In this document: one piece after another, positions 55,752 to 64,000 of the stretch | Layout of the letters: every line of letters starts with the position of its first letter | How positions within the stretch are numbered: the first letter of the stretch is position 1 | Assembly: GCA_033723415.1 (NCBI GenBank) | Contig: JAWVXD010000010.1 | Coordinates: 11,797-75,796, forward strand | DNA: 64,000 nucleotides | Source of the DNA: Sulfurospirillaceae bacterium | Lineage (GTDB): Bacteria; Campylobacterota; Campylobacteria; Campylobacterales; Sulfurospirillaceae | Direction of reading: 5' to 3' | The notes under the pieces: model-generated | The model's database searches: none | Seen by the model: only the letters and a program-made list of their open reading frames with translations | Told to the model about the DNA's origin: nothing | Translations under genes and position numbers: made by a program

Positions 55752-56360
55752 CTAGTATTGTGCCATTATGTTATCTATATCTTTCCAACTTAGAGTACTT
55801 TTGGTATTGATCATATGATGTATATATCTTGCGAACATATCTGTTTCTATATTTACCTTTGTACCGGTCTTGTATTCGCCAAAGAGTGTAAGTGCAAGAG
55901 TATGAGGTATGATAGTCAACCTAAATTCGCCCTCTTTCACGTCATTGACGGTCAAACTCACACCATCAATCGCAATACTGCCTTTTGGAGCTATGTACTT
56001 TGAAAATTCTTTTGGGTGAGTTATATGGAAATCTGTTGCATTTTGGTTTTTATTGATAGCTTTGATCACGCCTTGACAATCTACATGACCTTGAACGATA
56101 TGTCCTTCAAGTCGGTCACTCAGTTTCATGGCAGGCTCGATATGGACACGTCCTTTTAAATTCTCTACTGCCATGATATTTCGTGTTTCATTTGACAATT
56201 CAACAGCAAAAGAATCAGAGCCAAGAGTAATCACGGTAAGGCACACACCGTTTACTGCTATGCTATCACCGATCTTTGGTTTATATTTTGCCTTTAAGTT
56301 TAAAATATTGTTTTGATAGCCTATAACTGTAGCAAATTCTCTGATTAATCCTGTAAACAT
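55752..56360 (-). CDS. ribE: riboflavin synthase (alpha chain)
   Basis: MFTGLI, GDSIAVNGVCLTV, GHIVQGHVD, KGSIAIDGVSLTVN. Confidence 0.96.
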   Translation of the reverse strand: MFTGLIREFATVIGYQNNILNLKAKYKPKIGDSIAVNGVCLTVITLGSDSFAVELSNETRNIMAVENLKGRVHIEPAMKLSDRLEGHIVQGHVDCQGVIKAINKNQNATDFHITHPKEFSKYIAPKGSIAIDGVSLTVNDVKEGEFRLTIIPHTLALTLFGEYKTGTKVNIETDMFARYIHHMINTKSTLSWKDIDNIMAQY

Positions 56361-56394
56361 CTCTACTCTTTTTTAATTGTATTATATCAAAAGA

Positions 56395-57006
56395 TTAGAG
56401 AACTTTTACCAACTCCTCGGTATCAAAATTATCCACCAGTATTTTCTTGACTCTCTCTTGCCAAAGAGTACCGAACTCTTTGATCTCTTTTTCGTTGGCT
56501 TGATTTTGAACCACTAGTTGCATCAAAGAAGACATTTTCTGGTTTGGCATAACTATATTTGGATTATAGTAAACATCTACGCTTTTGTTATTATCCGTTC
56601 TGGTAAATCTGGCACTTGATAAAATGTCAGCGTTAAAATGCATCAAAGAGTGTCTTGCAAATCTCCCGCCAAGCCCTTTAAAGCCGCTTTTTTGCGTAGC
56701 CCCTGTGATGTTTGAGATAACATTAGCGATAACTCCTGCAACACCGTCTTCTTCATCTTCTTTGAATTCTACTTTTATCTCCCCTCTAACCGGAAGTTTA
56801 TCTTGATACAGAGCATCCAAGGCTTTTAGTGTCATAAGATATGCTCCTGCAACGGTAGGACAACTATGTCCTGCTGATTTTACGATCTGTTTATAGTTAA
56901 ATTTGATAATTCCGTTTTTTACCGTACCCAGAGTAAAAGCCAATGGATCATAAGTCGTAATACCTCTGATCTGATCAAAAAAATCCGGAAATCCTGTCTC
57001 ATTCAT
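56395..57006 (-). CDS. FmdE-like metal-binding protein
   Basis: GHSCPTVAGAY motif, GFKGLGG, WQERV; TGATG overlap with the DUF59 gene. Confidence 0.7.
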   Translation of the reverse strand: MNETGFPDFFDQIRGITTYDPLAFTLGTVKNGIIKFNYKQIVKSAGHSCPTVAGAYLMTLKALDALYQDKLPVRGEIKVEFKEDEEDGVAGVIANVISNITGATQKSGFKGLGGRFARHSLMHFNADILSSARFTRTDNNKSVDVYYNPNIVMPNQKMSSLMQLVVQNQANEKEIKEFGTLWQERVKKILVDNFDTEELVKVL

Positions 57007-57305
57007 CACAATGCTCCCAATGCTTTTTTTACTTCATCACTAGCCATCGTTATATTCCACTCCGGCTCCCACACGATCAAAACTTCACAATTTTTTACTC
57101 CCTCAATCCTCTCTACGGCTTCTTGTGTCCATTGTTTCATCATCTCATGCAGCGGACAACCTCTAGTTGATAGTGTCATCGTGACACTAACTTCATCATT
57201 TTGAATTTCCACTCCATAGATCAATCCTAAAGAGTAAATATCAAATCCGACTTCTGGATCTACTACAGTTTTTATCGCATCATAAACCGTATCTTCACTT
57301 ATCAT
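57006..57305 (-). CDS. DUF59 metal-sulfur cluster assembly factor (SufT/PaaD-like)
   Basis: V.DPEVG..I..LGLIY, MTLSTRGCPL, VWEPEW..M. Confidence 0.92.
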   Translation of the reverse strand: MISEDTVYDAIKTVVDPEVGFDIYSLGLIYGVEIQNDEVSVTMTLSTRGCPLHEMMKQWTQEAVERIEGVKNCEVLIVWEPEWNITMASDEVKKALGAL

Positions 57306-58564
57306 CTCAAATCCTTTATTTTGTAATTAAGCGTAAAATATATATTGTATAAAACCAAAAAAGTACCTATCCCCATAACGATAGTTCCTATTTGAAATAA
57401 AAATTTCATATCTACCAGTATCGCATATGTACTTAACACAAAACCTATCGCAGTAAGCCAAAATTGGATATCTGCGATATTTTCTCGGATCATCTCATTT
57501 AAAAGAGGAACTTTTATCTTGCCAACCTGAGAAGAGTATCTTTGATACCATACCAAAAACGGTAGGATCTTATAAATATGTCCTACTATAAAAAATGTAA
57601 AAAATCCAAAGAAAAGCATATATCCAAAAAGCACGAATAAACTTTCTTTATTTATGATAATGCCTACAGTTAAGACTAAAAAAGAGAGTATCAAAGTCAC
57701 AAATGAAGCCATCATATTTTTTGCCCAAAAATCATTTTTCTTTCTAATTCGTGTTGAAAATATGAGCCACATCTGATAAAGTGCCGCAAAGATTGAAAAA
57801 GAGGACAAAAATATACCTGTAAACTTTAAAAGTTTTATCTGCCAGAAATCACCTATCAAAAATGCCGCTAGTCCAAATATTATAGTATAAAAAGCAACTC
57901 GTATGGCTTTGTCGGAAAATCCGTGAGATAGTGAAAACATCGGTATAAGAATCATCCCGACTCCCATGATAGTCATGACGATGTAACCAAAAACACTCAA
58001 AGCTATATGAGCTTGAACCAAAGATAATATATCAATATTGAATCCATATACCATATTTAGAGCCAATACAAATCCTATGCTAACGCCTAGGATCAAAAAT
58101 ATATTTGATACAAAGATAAACTTTGCGACGATATCCCATCTTTTGATCCCTTTGTACGTCAAGAAAATGTTTATTACAAAGATCAACATGGACAGATACA
58201 TCATCAAAGCACCATAAGGCAATATCTGCGTATAATTCTCATATTTTAGTCCGAAAGTGAAAATAAAAATACCGAAAATAAACATATAAAATTGAATATA
58301 AGCAAAATCTTTTGAGAATATCGGAATTTCAAGCACTACAGGAACGAGCTGATACATAGCACCAAATATGATCATCATGACAAAGCCAAGCAGATATAAA
58401 TGCATCAAAAAAGCTATGGAAGAAGATAGAAAATACCCACTTATCTCATTTGCATAAAAAGGCAATAAAAAAGCTGTTGCCATATAAAAAAACGCACCTG
58501 CTATAAAATAGTGAGCCACTAGAACAAACGGTGGTGCCATCTCAGTGGCTAGGTTTTTTGCCAT
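57302..58564 (-). CDS. about 12-TM His-containing membrane protein (heme-copper oxidase subunit I/NnrS-like fold candidate)
   Basis: three pseudo-repeats: HLYLLG..GAMYQLVPV, HIALSVFG..G....IPMF, GHIYKILPFLVW. Confidence 0.65.
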   Translation of the reverse strand: MAKNLATEMAPPFVLVAHYFIAGAFFYMATAFLLPFYANEISGYFLSSSIAFLMHLYLLGFVMMIIFGAMYQLVPVVLEIPIFSKDFAYIQFYMFIFGIFIFTFGLKYENYTQILPYGALMMYLSMLIFVINIFLTYKGIKRWDIVAKFIFVSNIFLILGVSIGFVLALNMVYGFNIDILSLVQAHIALSVFGYIVMTIMGVGMILIPMFSLSHGFSDKAIRVAFYTIIFGLAAFLIGDFWQIKLLKFTGIFLSSFSIFAALYQMWLIFSTRIRKKNDFWAKNMMASFVTLILSFLVLTVGIIINKESLFVLFGYMLFFGFFTFFIVGHIYKILPFLVWYQRYSSQVGKIKVPLLNEMIRENIADIQFWLTAIGFVLSTYAILVDMKFLFQIGTIVMGIGTFLVLYNIYFTLNYKIKDLR

Positions 58565-58567
58565 TTT

Positions 58568-58927
58568 TTATCCGTTGCAGCTTTTATCACTCAAGTCGGC
58601 ATTTTCACTAAGTCCTGCTTTATAAGAAAATACTAATTTAACCCTTCCGTCATCTAATTCTCGCTCTTGTATATCAAAATTTTCGCCGATTTTTGCTAGA
58701 AGACCTGCAGGACTTTTGTGATTGATCATGATGACTTTCGTATTTGCATCTTTGATAAGTTCCATGGCAAGCATTGCATTGATCATAGGCTCAGGAGGAG
58801 GACACTTTGAGGAATCAAACTCTATATATGTAATACCTTCGATAACGTATTGAGAGAAAGGAACGGTTGCTCCTTCGATATCTATCTCTTTTGCATCTTG
58901 TGTTTTTTGAATATCTAAATCTGACAT
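58568..58927 (-). CDS. small TusA/DUF2249-like protein (Cj0761-like)
   Basis: FDSSKCPPPEPM motif, NHKSPAGL, C-terminal SCNG. Confidence 0.65.
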   Translation of the reverse strand: MSDLDIQKTQDAKEIDIEGATVPFSQYVIEGITYIEFDSSKCPPPEPMINAMLAMELIKDANTKVIMINHKSPAGLLAKIGENFDIQERELDDGRVKLVFSYKAGLSENADLSDKSCNG

Positions 58928-58980
58928 ATAAACTCCTATTAGTTTTTCAGGAATTATATATCAGATCTTTCGGGATAAGC

Positions 58981-58994
58981 TTGACCTATATCAA
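58981..58994 (-). promoter_or_regulatory. Crp/Fnr-family (NssR/DNR-type) box at -41.5
   Basis: TTGA-N6-TCAA (minus strand TTGATATAGGTCAA) inside a 10-bp IR at 58975-59000; TATAAT at 58958-58953 places the centre at -41.5. Confidence 0.75.
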
Positions 58995-58996
58995 GC

Positions 58997-59542
58997 TTAT
59001 TTGATCAGAGAGCTTATCTCCTTGAAAGTTTTATGTTTTGCACTCACGCACAGTTCAAAAAGCAGTGATTCATATGTAGTAGGGATTGCACCTGCTTGTG
59101 TCATTCTTAGTATTGCGATATTTTTATCATTTTCCTTCCTTGAGCTGATACAATCAGTAACCAACACGGGAATATATCCGGATTCTATCAGATCTAACAC
59201 ACTTTGAAGTACGCACACATGAGCTTCTATGCCAAAGATGATGACATATTTTTTATCTTGTGCTTTTATCACATCCATCGTATCTTCTGTCTTACAACAG
59301 CTAAACGTAACTTTTTCGTGTGCTTTTTCATCTCTCAAGATATCCCTTATAGGCTCTAACGTATGTCCGATTCCTTTAGGGTATTGTTCATTTAGTACAA
59401 AATCAATCCCCAATAGTTTCAAACCTTTTACAAGTTTTAACGTATTTTCCAACAAAATATCTTTGTCATGCATATGAGGGAAAAGTCTCTCTTGTATATC
59501 TATGGCTAGTGCGAACACTTCATCCGGATTTATTCTCATCAT
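58997..59542 (-). CDS. isochorismatase-family hydrolase (YcaC/ISOC-like)
   Basis: IDIQERL, EQYPKGIG.T, K.TFSC, GIEAHVCV.QS, D..SSR. Confidence 0.9.
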   Translation of the reverse strand: MMRINPDEVFALAIDIQERLFPHMHDKDILLENTLKLVKGLKLLGIDFVLNEQYPKGIGHTLEPIRDILRDEKAHEKVTFSCCKTEDTMDVIKAQDKKYVIIFGIEAHVCVLQSVLDLIESGYIPVLVTDCISSRKENDKNIAILRMTQAGAIPTTYESLLFELCVSAKHKTFKEISSLIK

Positions 59543-59548
59543 CGCTCC

Positions 59549-61498
59549 TTAGTGTTGTGATAATCCACTCAGACGAAGTAAACTTTCAACTTTTGCATCT
59601 TCGCCTTTTAATTCTCTGTATAACTCCTTCATACTCCTGCTTCCACCCTGTCCCAGTACGATATGAAGATAGTCTTTCCCAAGTTTTGTATTGAAAATAC
59701 CCTGATCTACTATAGCAAAAAATGCATCGGCACTAAGTACCTCCGCCCACTTATAGCTATAATATCCGGCTGCATACCCTCCTGCAAATATATGGGAAAA
59801 ACTGTTTTGGAATTTGTTGTAAGACGGTGGTTTTATAAGCGCTATCTCCCCTCTTACATCATCTAACAACTCCTGCACTTCAGCACCGGTGCGAAGTGCT
59901 TGATGCAGTTTAAAATCAAACAGTGAAAATTCAACTTGTCTTAGTATACCAAGTGCTGATTGGAAATTTTTAACATCTACGATCCTTTGTATCATCTCAT
60001 CACTCAGTATTTCACCGCTCTTGTAATGCTCTGCAAATATTTTCAAAACCTTTGGTTCATACGCAAAATTTTCCAAAAATTGTGATGGGAACTCTACCGC
60101 ATCCCACTCTACTCCGCTGATACCGCTGACTCCTACTTCGCCTACGTTTGAGAGCATATGATGAAGTGCATGACCCATCTCATGAAACAATGTCACCACA
60201 TCGTCATGTCTTAAAAGAGAAGGTGAATTTTTTGATGAAGGAAAATTACAAACTATAAATGCAGAAGATAGATGTTCACCTCTTTCATCGACAAAATGAC
60301 TTTGCCAATTGTGCATCCAAGCTCCGCCGCTTTTACCTTTTCTGCTCTCAAGATCAAGATAGAGTCTGGATTTGACAACGCCATTGACCAATAGATTGTA
60401 TGATTTTGCATTTTCATCCCAAAGCTTTTCATCTACTTTTTCAAATTCTATCCCGAACAATAGATTCAAAAATTTAAAAAGTCCCTGAACCACAGAGTTT
60501 TGCTCAAAATACGGGCGATATAGGTCTTGATCAAAATCATACTTGGCTTTTTTGAGTTTTTCAGCGTAAAAAGAAAGATCATAGCTTTGCATATCATCTA
60601 TCTTTGCAAACTTTTTTAACTCATCTAACTCTTTGATAGCTATAGGTTTTGCCGCACTAGCAAGTTTTTCCAAAAATTCTACAACCTCTTCTTCTTTTTC
60701 TGCCATCTTGGGAGCCAGTGAATACTGAGCGTAATTTTTGTAACCCAGAATCACGGACATCTCTTGACGCAGCTCCATAAGTTCATCTATGATCTTCTCA
60801 TTTTGCGGTGCTTTTGTCGTATATGCTTTATATAGCTCTTCTCTGATCTCCCTATTCTCACCATACGTCATGTAGGTTATATATGGAGGCATCTGAAGCG
60901 TAAATTTGTATTTTTTTACTCCATCTACTTCTATCTCATAGCTCTTTTTATCTTCGTCACTCAAGCCTTTAACATCCTGTTCATCCAGGATAAGTTCATA
61001 GTCATTGACTGCATTTATCAGGTTTTGTGAAAAATCATTGGCTAGTTCACTCTTTCTGAGATTGATCTCTTCGAGCCTTTTCTTTTTTGTATCATCCAAG
61101 TTTGCACCGCTAAGCTCAAAGTTGAGGATATTTAGCTCCAAAATTCGCTTTTGCTCTTGATTCAAGCTCTCTTTTTCACTCTCTAAAATTTCTTTGAAGG
61201 CATTGTAAATGTCAAGGTTTTGAGACAACTTTGTAGAATACTCAGTGATGATAGGCAAAGATGCGCTATAAACTTGTTGGGTTTCTTCTGTATTCTTTAC
61301 TGAATTTAAATGTGACAAAGGTGTAAAAAACTCGCCTAATTCTTCCTCAAGTATATCAAGAGGTTTTACAAAGTTCGCAAATGTTTTCTCTTTTATCTTT
61401 ACTAATCTCTCTATAGTTTTATTGTTTTTGTTGATTTTATTCTGCAAATTTTCTATAAAATTTTCTAAATCAACTTCAAATTTTAAAAATTTATCCAT
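59549..61498 (-). CDS. prlC: M3 family oligopeptidase A
   Basis: RKGKSGGAWM, TLFHEMGHALH, WDAVEFPSQFLEN, FSHIFAGGYAAGYYSYKWAE. Confidence 0.93.
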   Translation of the reverse strand: MDKFLKFEVDLENFIENLQNKINKNNKTIERLVKIKEKTFANFVKPLDILEEELGEFFTPLSHLNSVKNTEETQQVYSASLPIITEYSTKLSQNLDIYNAFKEILESEKESLNQEQKRILELNILNFELSGANLDDTKKKRLEEINLRKSELANDFSQNLINAVNDYELILDEQDVKGLSDEDKKSYEIEVDGVKKYKFTLQMPPYITYMTYGENREIREELYKAYTTKAPQNEKIIDELMELRQEMSVILGYKNYAQYSLAPKMAEKEEEVVEFLEKLASAAKPIAIKELDELKKFAKIDDMQSYDLSFYAEKLKKAKYDFDQDLYRPYFEQNSVVQGLFKFLNLLFGIEFEKVDEKLWDENAKSYNLLVNGVVKSRLYLDLESRKGKSGGAWMHNWQSHFVDERGEHLSSAFIVCNFPSSKNSPSLLRHDDVVTLFHEMGHALHHMLSNVGEVGVSGISGVEWDAVEFPSQFLENFAYEPKVLKIFAEHYKSGEILSDEMIQRIVDVKNFQSALGILRQVEFSLFDFKLHQALRTGAEVQELLDDVRGEIALIKPPSYNKFQNSFSHIFAGGYAAGYYSYKWAEVLSADAFFAIVDQGIFNTKLGKDYLHIVLGQGGSRSMKELYRELKGEDAKVESLLRLSGLSQH

Positions 61499-61619
61499 AA
61501 TTTCTCCATTTTTTTTGAAATTATAGCAATAAAAGAGTAAAATAGACATCTTAACTTGAAAATGGTTATCAAATTTTAAGCTTATTATGATATCTTACGC
61601 GAAAAATAAAAGGATGGAA

Positions 61620-61997
61620 ATGAAAGACTATTTTACGAAAAAAAAGTTACTTGCATTTTTAAAGTTTTTTGTTGCATTCATACTATTTATAATGGTTAAG
61701 AACCTGAAAGAAATAGCCTCATTTTCTGACTTAAGTGTTGCATTGCTTGAGTTTATCATCATATTGGAACTTGTGAGAATGTTGGTAGAATTTTTATTTA
61801 GTGATGACAATACCATAAAGCTCCGCTTCATGATAGATTCGACAATAGTTTTTTTCATCAGGGATATCATGCTTATAGCAAATTCACAGTTTGATTTTAC
61901 AAAAATTGCATCAGTGCTGGCGATCATAGCCGTACTGTTTTTCTTTAGAGGACTTACAATAAAATTCAGTCCATCAAATACTAATATAGGATTTTAA
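61620..61997 (+). CDS. PsiE-family (phosphate-starvation-inducible E-like) membrane protein
   Basis: 4 TM; LEFII.LELVRM, I.LRFMID..IVF.IRDIM. Confidence 0.7.
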   Translation: MKDYFTKKKLLAFLKFFVAFILFIMVKNLKEIASFSDLSVALLEFIIILELVRMLVEFLFSDDNTIKLRFMIDSTIVFFIRDIMLIANSQFDFTKIASVLAIIAVLFFFRGLTIKFSPSNTNIGF

Positions 61998-62006
61998 AGG
62001 TAGATT

Positions 62007-63902
62007 ATGAAATATGACATTATAGTTGTCGGCGGCGGTCATGCCGGAATAGAAGCTTCTCTCTCGTGTGCTAGACTCGGTAAAAAGACGTTGCTTATCA
62101 CTATGCTGGCTGAGCAAATAGGAGCAACCAGCTGTAACCCTGCCGTCGGCGGACTTGCAAAAGGACATCTAGTAAAAGAGTTAGATGCTCTTGGTGGACA
62201 AATGGGACTTACAACAGATGCGGTAGGCATACAATTTAGGATATTAAATCAATCAAAAGGTCCTGCTGTTCAAGGAAGTCGTGCTCAAATAGATATGGAT
62301 AAATATAAAGTTTTTATGAGAAACATCGTTTTGAACACTGAAAATCTAAGCGTAGTTCAAGAAACAGCCCAAGACATAATCTATGATGGAGAAAAAGTCA
62401 CAGGCATAAAAAGTCACTTAGGGAACGTATATAGCGCCAAAAAGATCATACTCACAACCGGAACTTTTATGAAAGGTTTGATTCACGTAGGCGAGTTTAA
62501 ACAAGAAGCCGGACGATTTGGAGAATTCCCATCAATCAATCTCTCAGACTCATTGACAAGCTTAGGGTTAAATCTTGGAAGATTGAAAACAGGAACTTGT
62601 GCAAGGATAGATGCAAAAAGTATAGATTTTTCCAAGATGGAAATACAACATGGAGACGAAATCCCACTCCCTTTTAGCTTTAGAACAAACAGTGAAGAGT
62701 TCAAACCTCATCAACTTCCTTGCTACATCACGTATACCAACGAATCAACACACGGTATCATCGAAAGTAACTTTTACAGAGCCCCTCTTTTCACCGGACA
62801 GATCCAAGGCTCAGGACCAAGATACTGCCCAAGTATAGAAGACAAAGTCAATAGATTTAGAGACAAAGACAGACATCATCTTTTTATAGAACCGCAAACA
62901 ATGGAAGCAACAGAGTACTATATAAACGGTCTCACAACTTCACTTCCGCCAGATACGCAACTCACCATGATCCACTCGATCGTAGGCTTAGAAAATGCAA
63001 AGATCGTAAGATACGGTTATGCTATAGAGTACGATTATATAGATCCGACAGAGCTCAAACATACCTTGGAGACCAAAAAAGTCTCAGGACTTTATATGGC
63101 AGGTCAGATCAACGGAACAACAGGATATGAAGAAGCCGCAGCTCAAGGATTGATGGCAGGTATCAATGCAAGCCTTGCAATCGAAGAGAAAGAGCCGCTA
63201 GTTCTCAGACGTGATGAAGCGTATATCGGTGTTCTTATAGACGATCTTGTTACAAAAGGCACGAAAGAGCCCTATCGTATGTTCACAAGCCGCGCCGAAT
63301 ACAGACTTTTATTGCGAGAGGACAATGCAGATATTCGTTTGAGTAAATACGGTTATAAACTGGGTCTTATAGATGAAGAAACCTATGACAGAGTAGTCAA
63401 AAAACAACTAGAGACCAAAGAAGGTTTGGCGTATCTTGAAGAAACCGAACTCACTCCTTCAAAAGAGAATATCGCATATCTTGCGGAATTGGGCGAAGAA
63501 AAGATCACGGACAAAGTCAGTCTTCAAAAGATCGTAGCCAGAAAATCATTTGATCTTGACAAATTAGAAAAACTCTCGCCGATATTTGCAAAATTTTCAA
63601 CAGAAGCAAAAAAACAGATACTAGTCGAAGCTAAATACAAAAGCTATATTGAAAAACAGAAAAACCAAATCGACAAGATGAAAGACCTCATGAACGTGAA
63701 GATACCGCCTATGATGGACTTTAGCTCTATCAGCGGACTTAGTAACGAAGTAGTAGAAAAGTTGCAGAAGCACAACCCGCCGACTCTTTTCGCCGCAAGC
63801 GAGATCAGCGGAATCACACCCGCAGCCATAGACATATTGCATATCTACGTAAAAGTGAGTTGTAAGACCAAAAAAAGTTTGAGACTACCTAATAAAGATT
63901 GA
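62007..63902 (+). CDS. mnmG: tRNA uridine-5-carboxymethylaminomethyl modification enzyme
   Basis: [49 protein letters not shown]. Confidence 0.98.
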   Translation: MKYDIIVVGGGHAGIEASLSCARLGKKTLLITMLAEQIGATSCNPAVGGLAKGHLVKELDALGGQMGLTTDAVGIQFRILNQSKGPAVQGSRAQIDMDKYKVFMRNIVLNTENLSVVQETAQDIIYDGEKVTGIKSHLGNVYSAKKIILTTGTFMKGLIHVGEFKQEAGRFGEFPSINLSDSLTSLGLNLGRLKTGTCARIDAKSIDFSKMEIQHGDEIPLPFSFRTNSEEFKPHQLPCYITYTNESTHGIIESNFYRAPLFTGQIQGSGPRYCPSIEDKVNRFRDKDRHHLFIEPQTMEATEYYINGLTTSLPPDTQLTMIHSIVGLENAKIVRYGYAIEYDYIDPTELKHTLETKKVSGLYMAGQINGTTGYEEAAAQGLMAGINASLAIEEKEPLVLRRDEAYIGVLIDDLVTKGTKEPYRMFTSRAEYRLLLREDNADIRLSKYGYKLGLIDEETYDRVVKKQLETKEGLAYLEETELTPSKENIAYLAELGEEKITDKVSLQKIVARKSFDLDKLEKLSPIFAKFSTEAKKQILVEAKYKSYIEKQKNQIDKMKDLMNVKIPPMMDFSSISGLSNEVVEKLQKHNPPTLFAASEISGITPAAIDILHIYVKVSCKTKKSLRLPNKD

Positions 63903-63938
63903 TACTTTTAAAGTAAGGTTTGAGACTGAAATAAAACT

Positions 63939-64000
63939 ATGACTAAGCAAAATATCGATCAAATAGCCTCTTTAGTAAAAATGAATACTCAGTTTTATTC
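63939..64000 (+). CDS. possible ORF start, truncated by window edge
   Basis: ATG then open frame MTKQNIDQIASLVKMNTQFY to the end. Confidence 0.35.
   Translation, partial: MTKQNIDQIASLVKMNTQFY

Overview
Low-GC Campylobacterota chromosome segment (Sulfurospirillum/Campylobacterales-like, judged from gene order and protein sequences). Three conserved backbones are present: (i) panC-rimO-tilS converging on HP0268-miaB-lpxJ-pilMNO-like, then nusA; (ii) gap-pgk-tpiA-fabI-dppB; (iii) rpsB-tsf-ABC-fliR-chePep-gmk-tatA-argS, followed by thiC, riboflavin synthase, prlC and mnmG. A ~24 kb integrase-free accessory zone (about 14.5-38.7 kb) separates gap from nadD. It holds chemoreceptors, a diguanylate cyclase, iron/oxidative-stress genes, GNATs, an orphan Panacea-like protein, a Bacillota-like SDR/FAH pair and two decayed gene relics. 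Signals not in the ORF track: a four-gene uncharacterised operon (TusA/DUF2249-like, multi-TM His membrane protein, DUF59, FmdE-like) behind a Crp/Fnr(NssR)-type box centred at -41.5; a sigma54 promoter ahead of the pilMNO-like genes; a 49-aa entericidin-like lipoprotein; a TPP riboswitch with an extra hairpin; a t44 rpsB leader; a Fur box before flavodoxin; a probable leaderless RNase H gene inside a 14-bp palindrome; a nadD-rsfS fusion; and a frameshifted PAS-GGDEF-EAL gene. I saw no rRNA, tRNA, CRISPR, transposase or integrase. Family assignments come from motif recognition and recall, not database searches.
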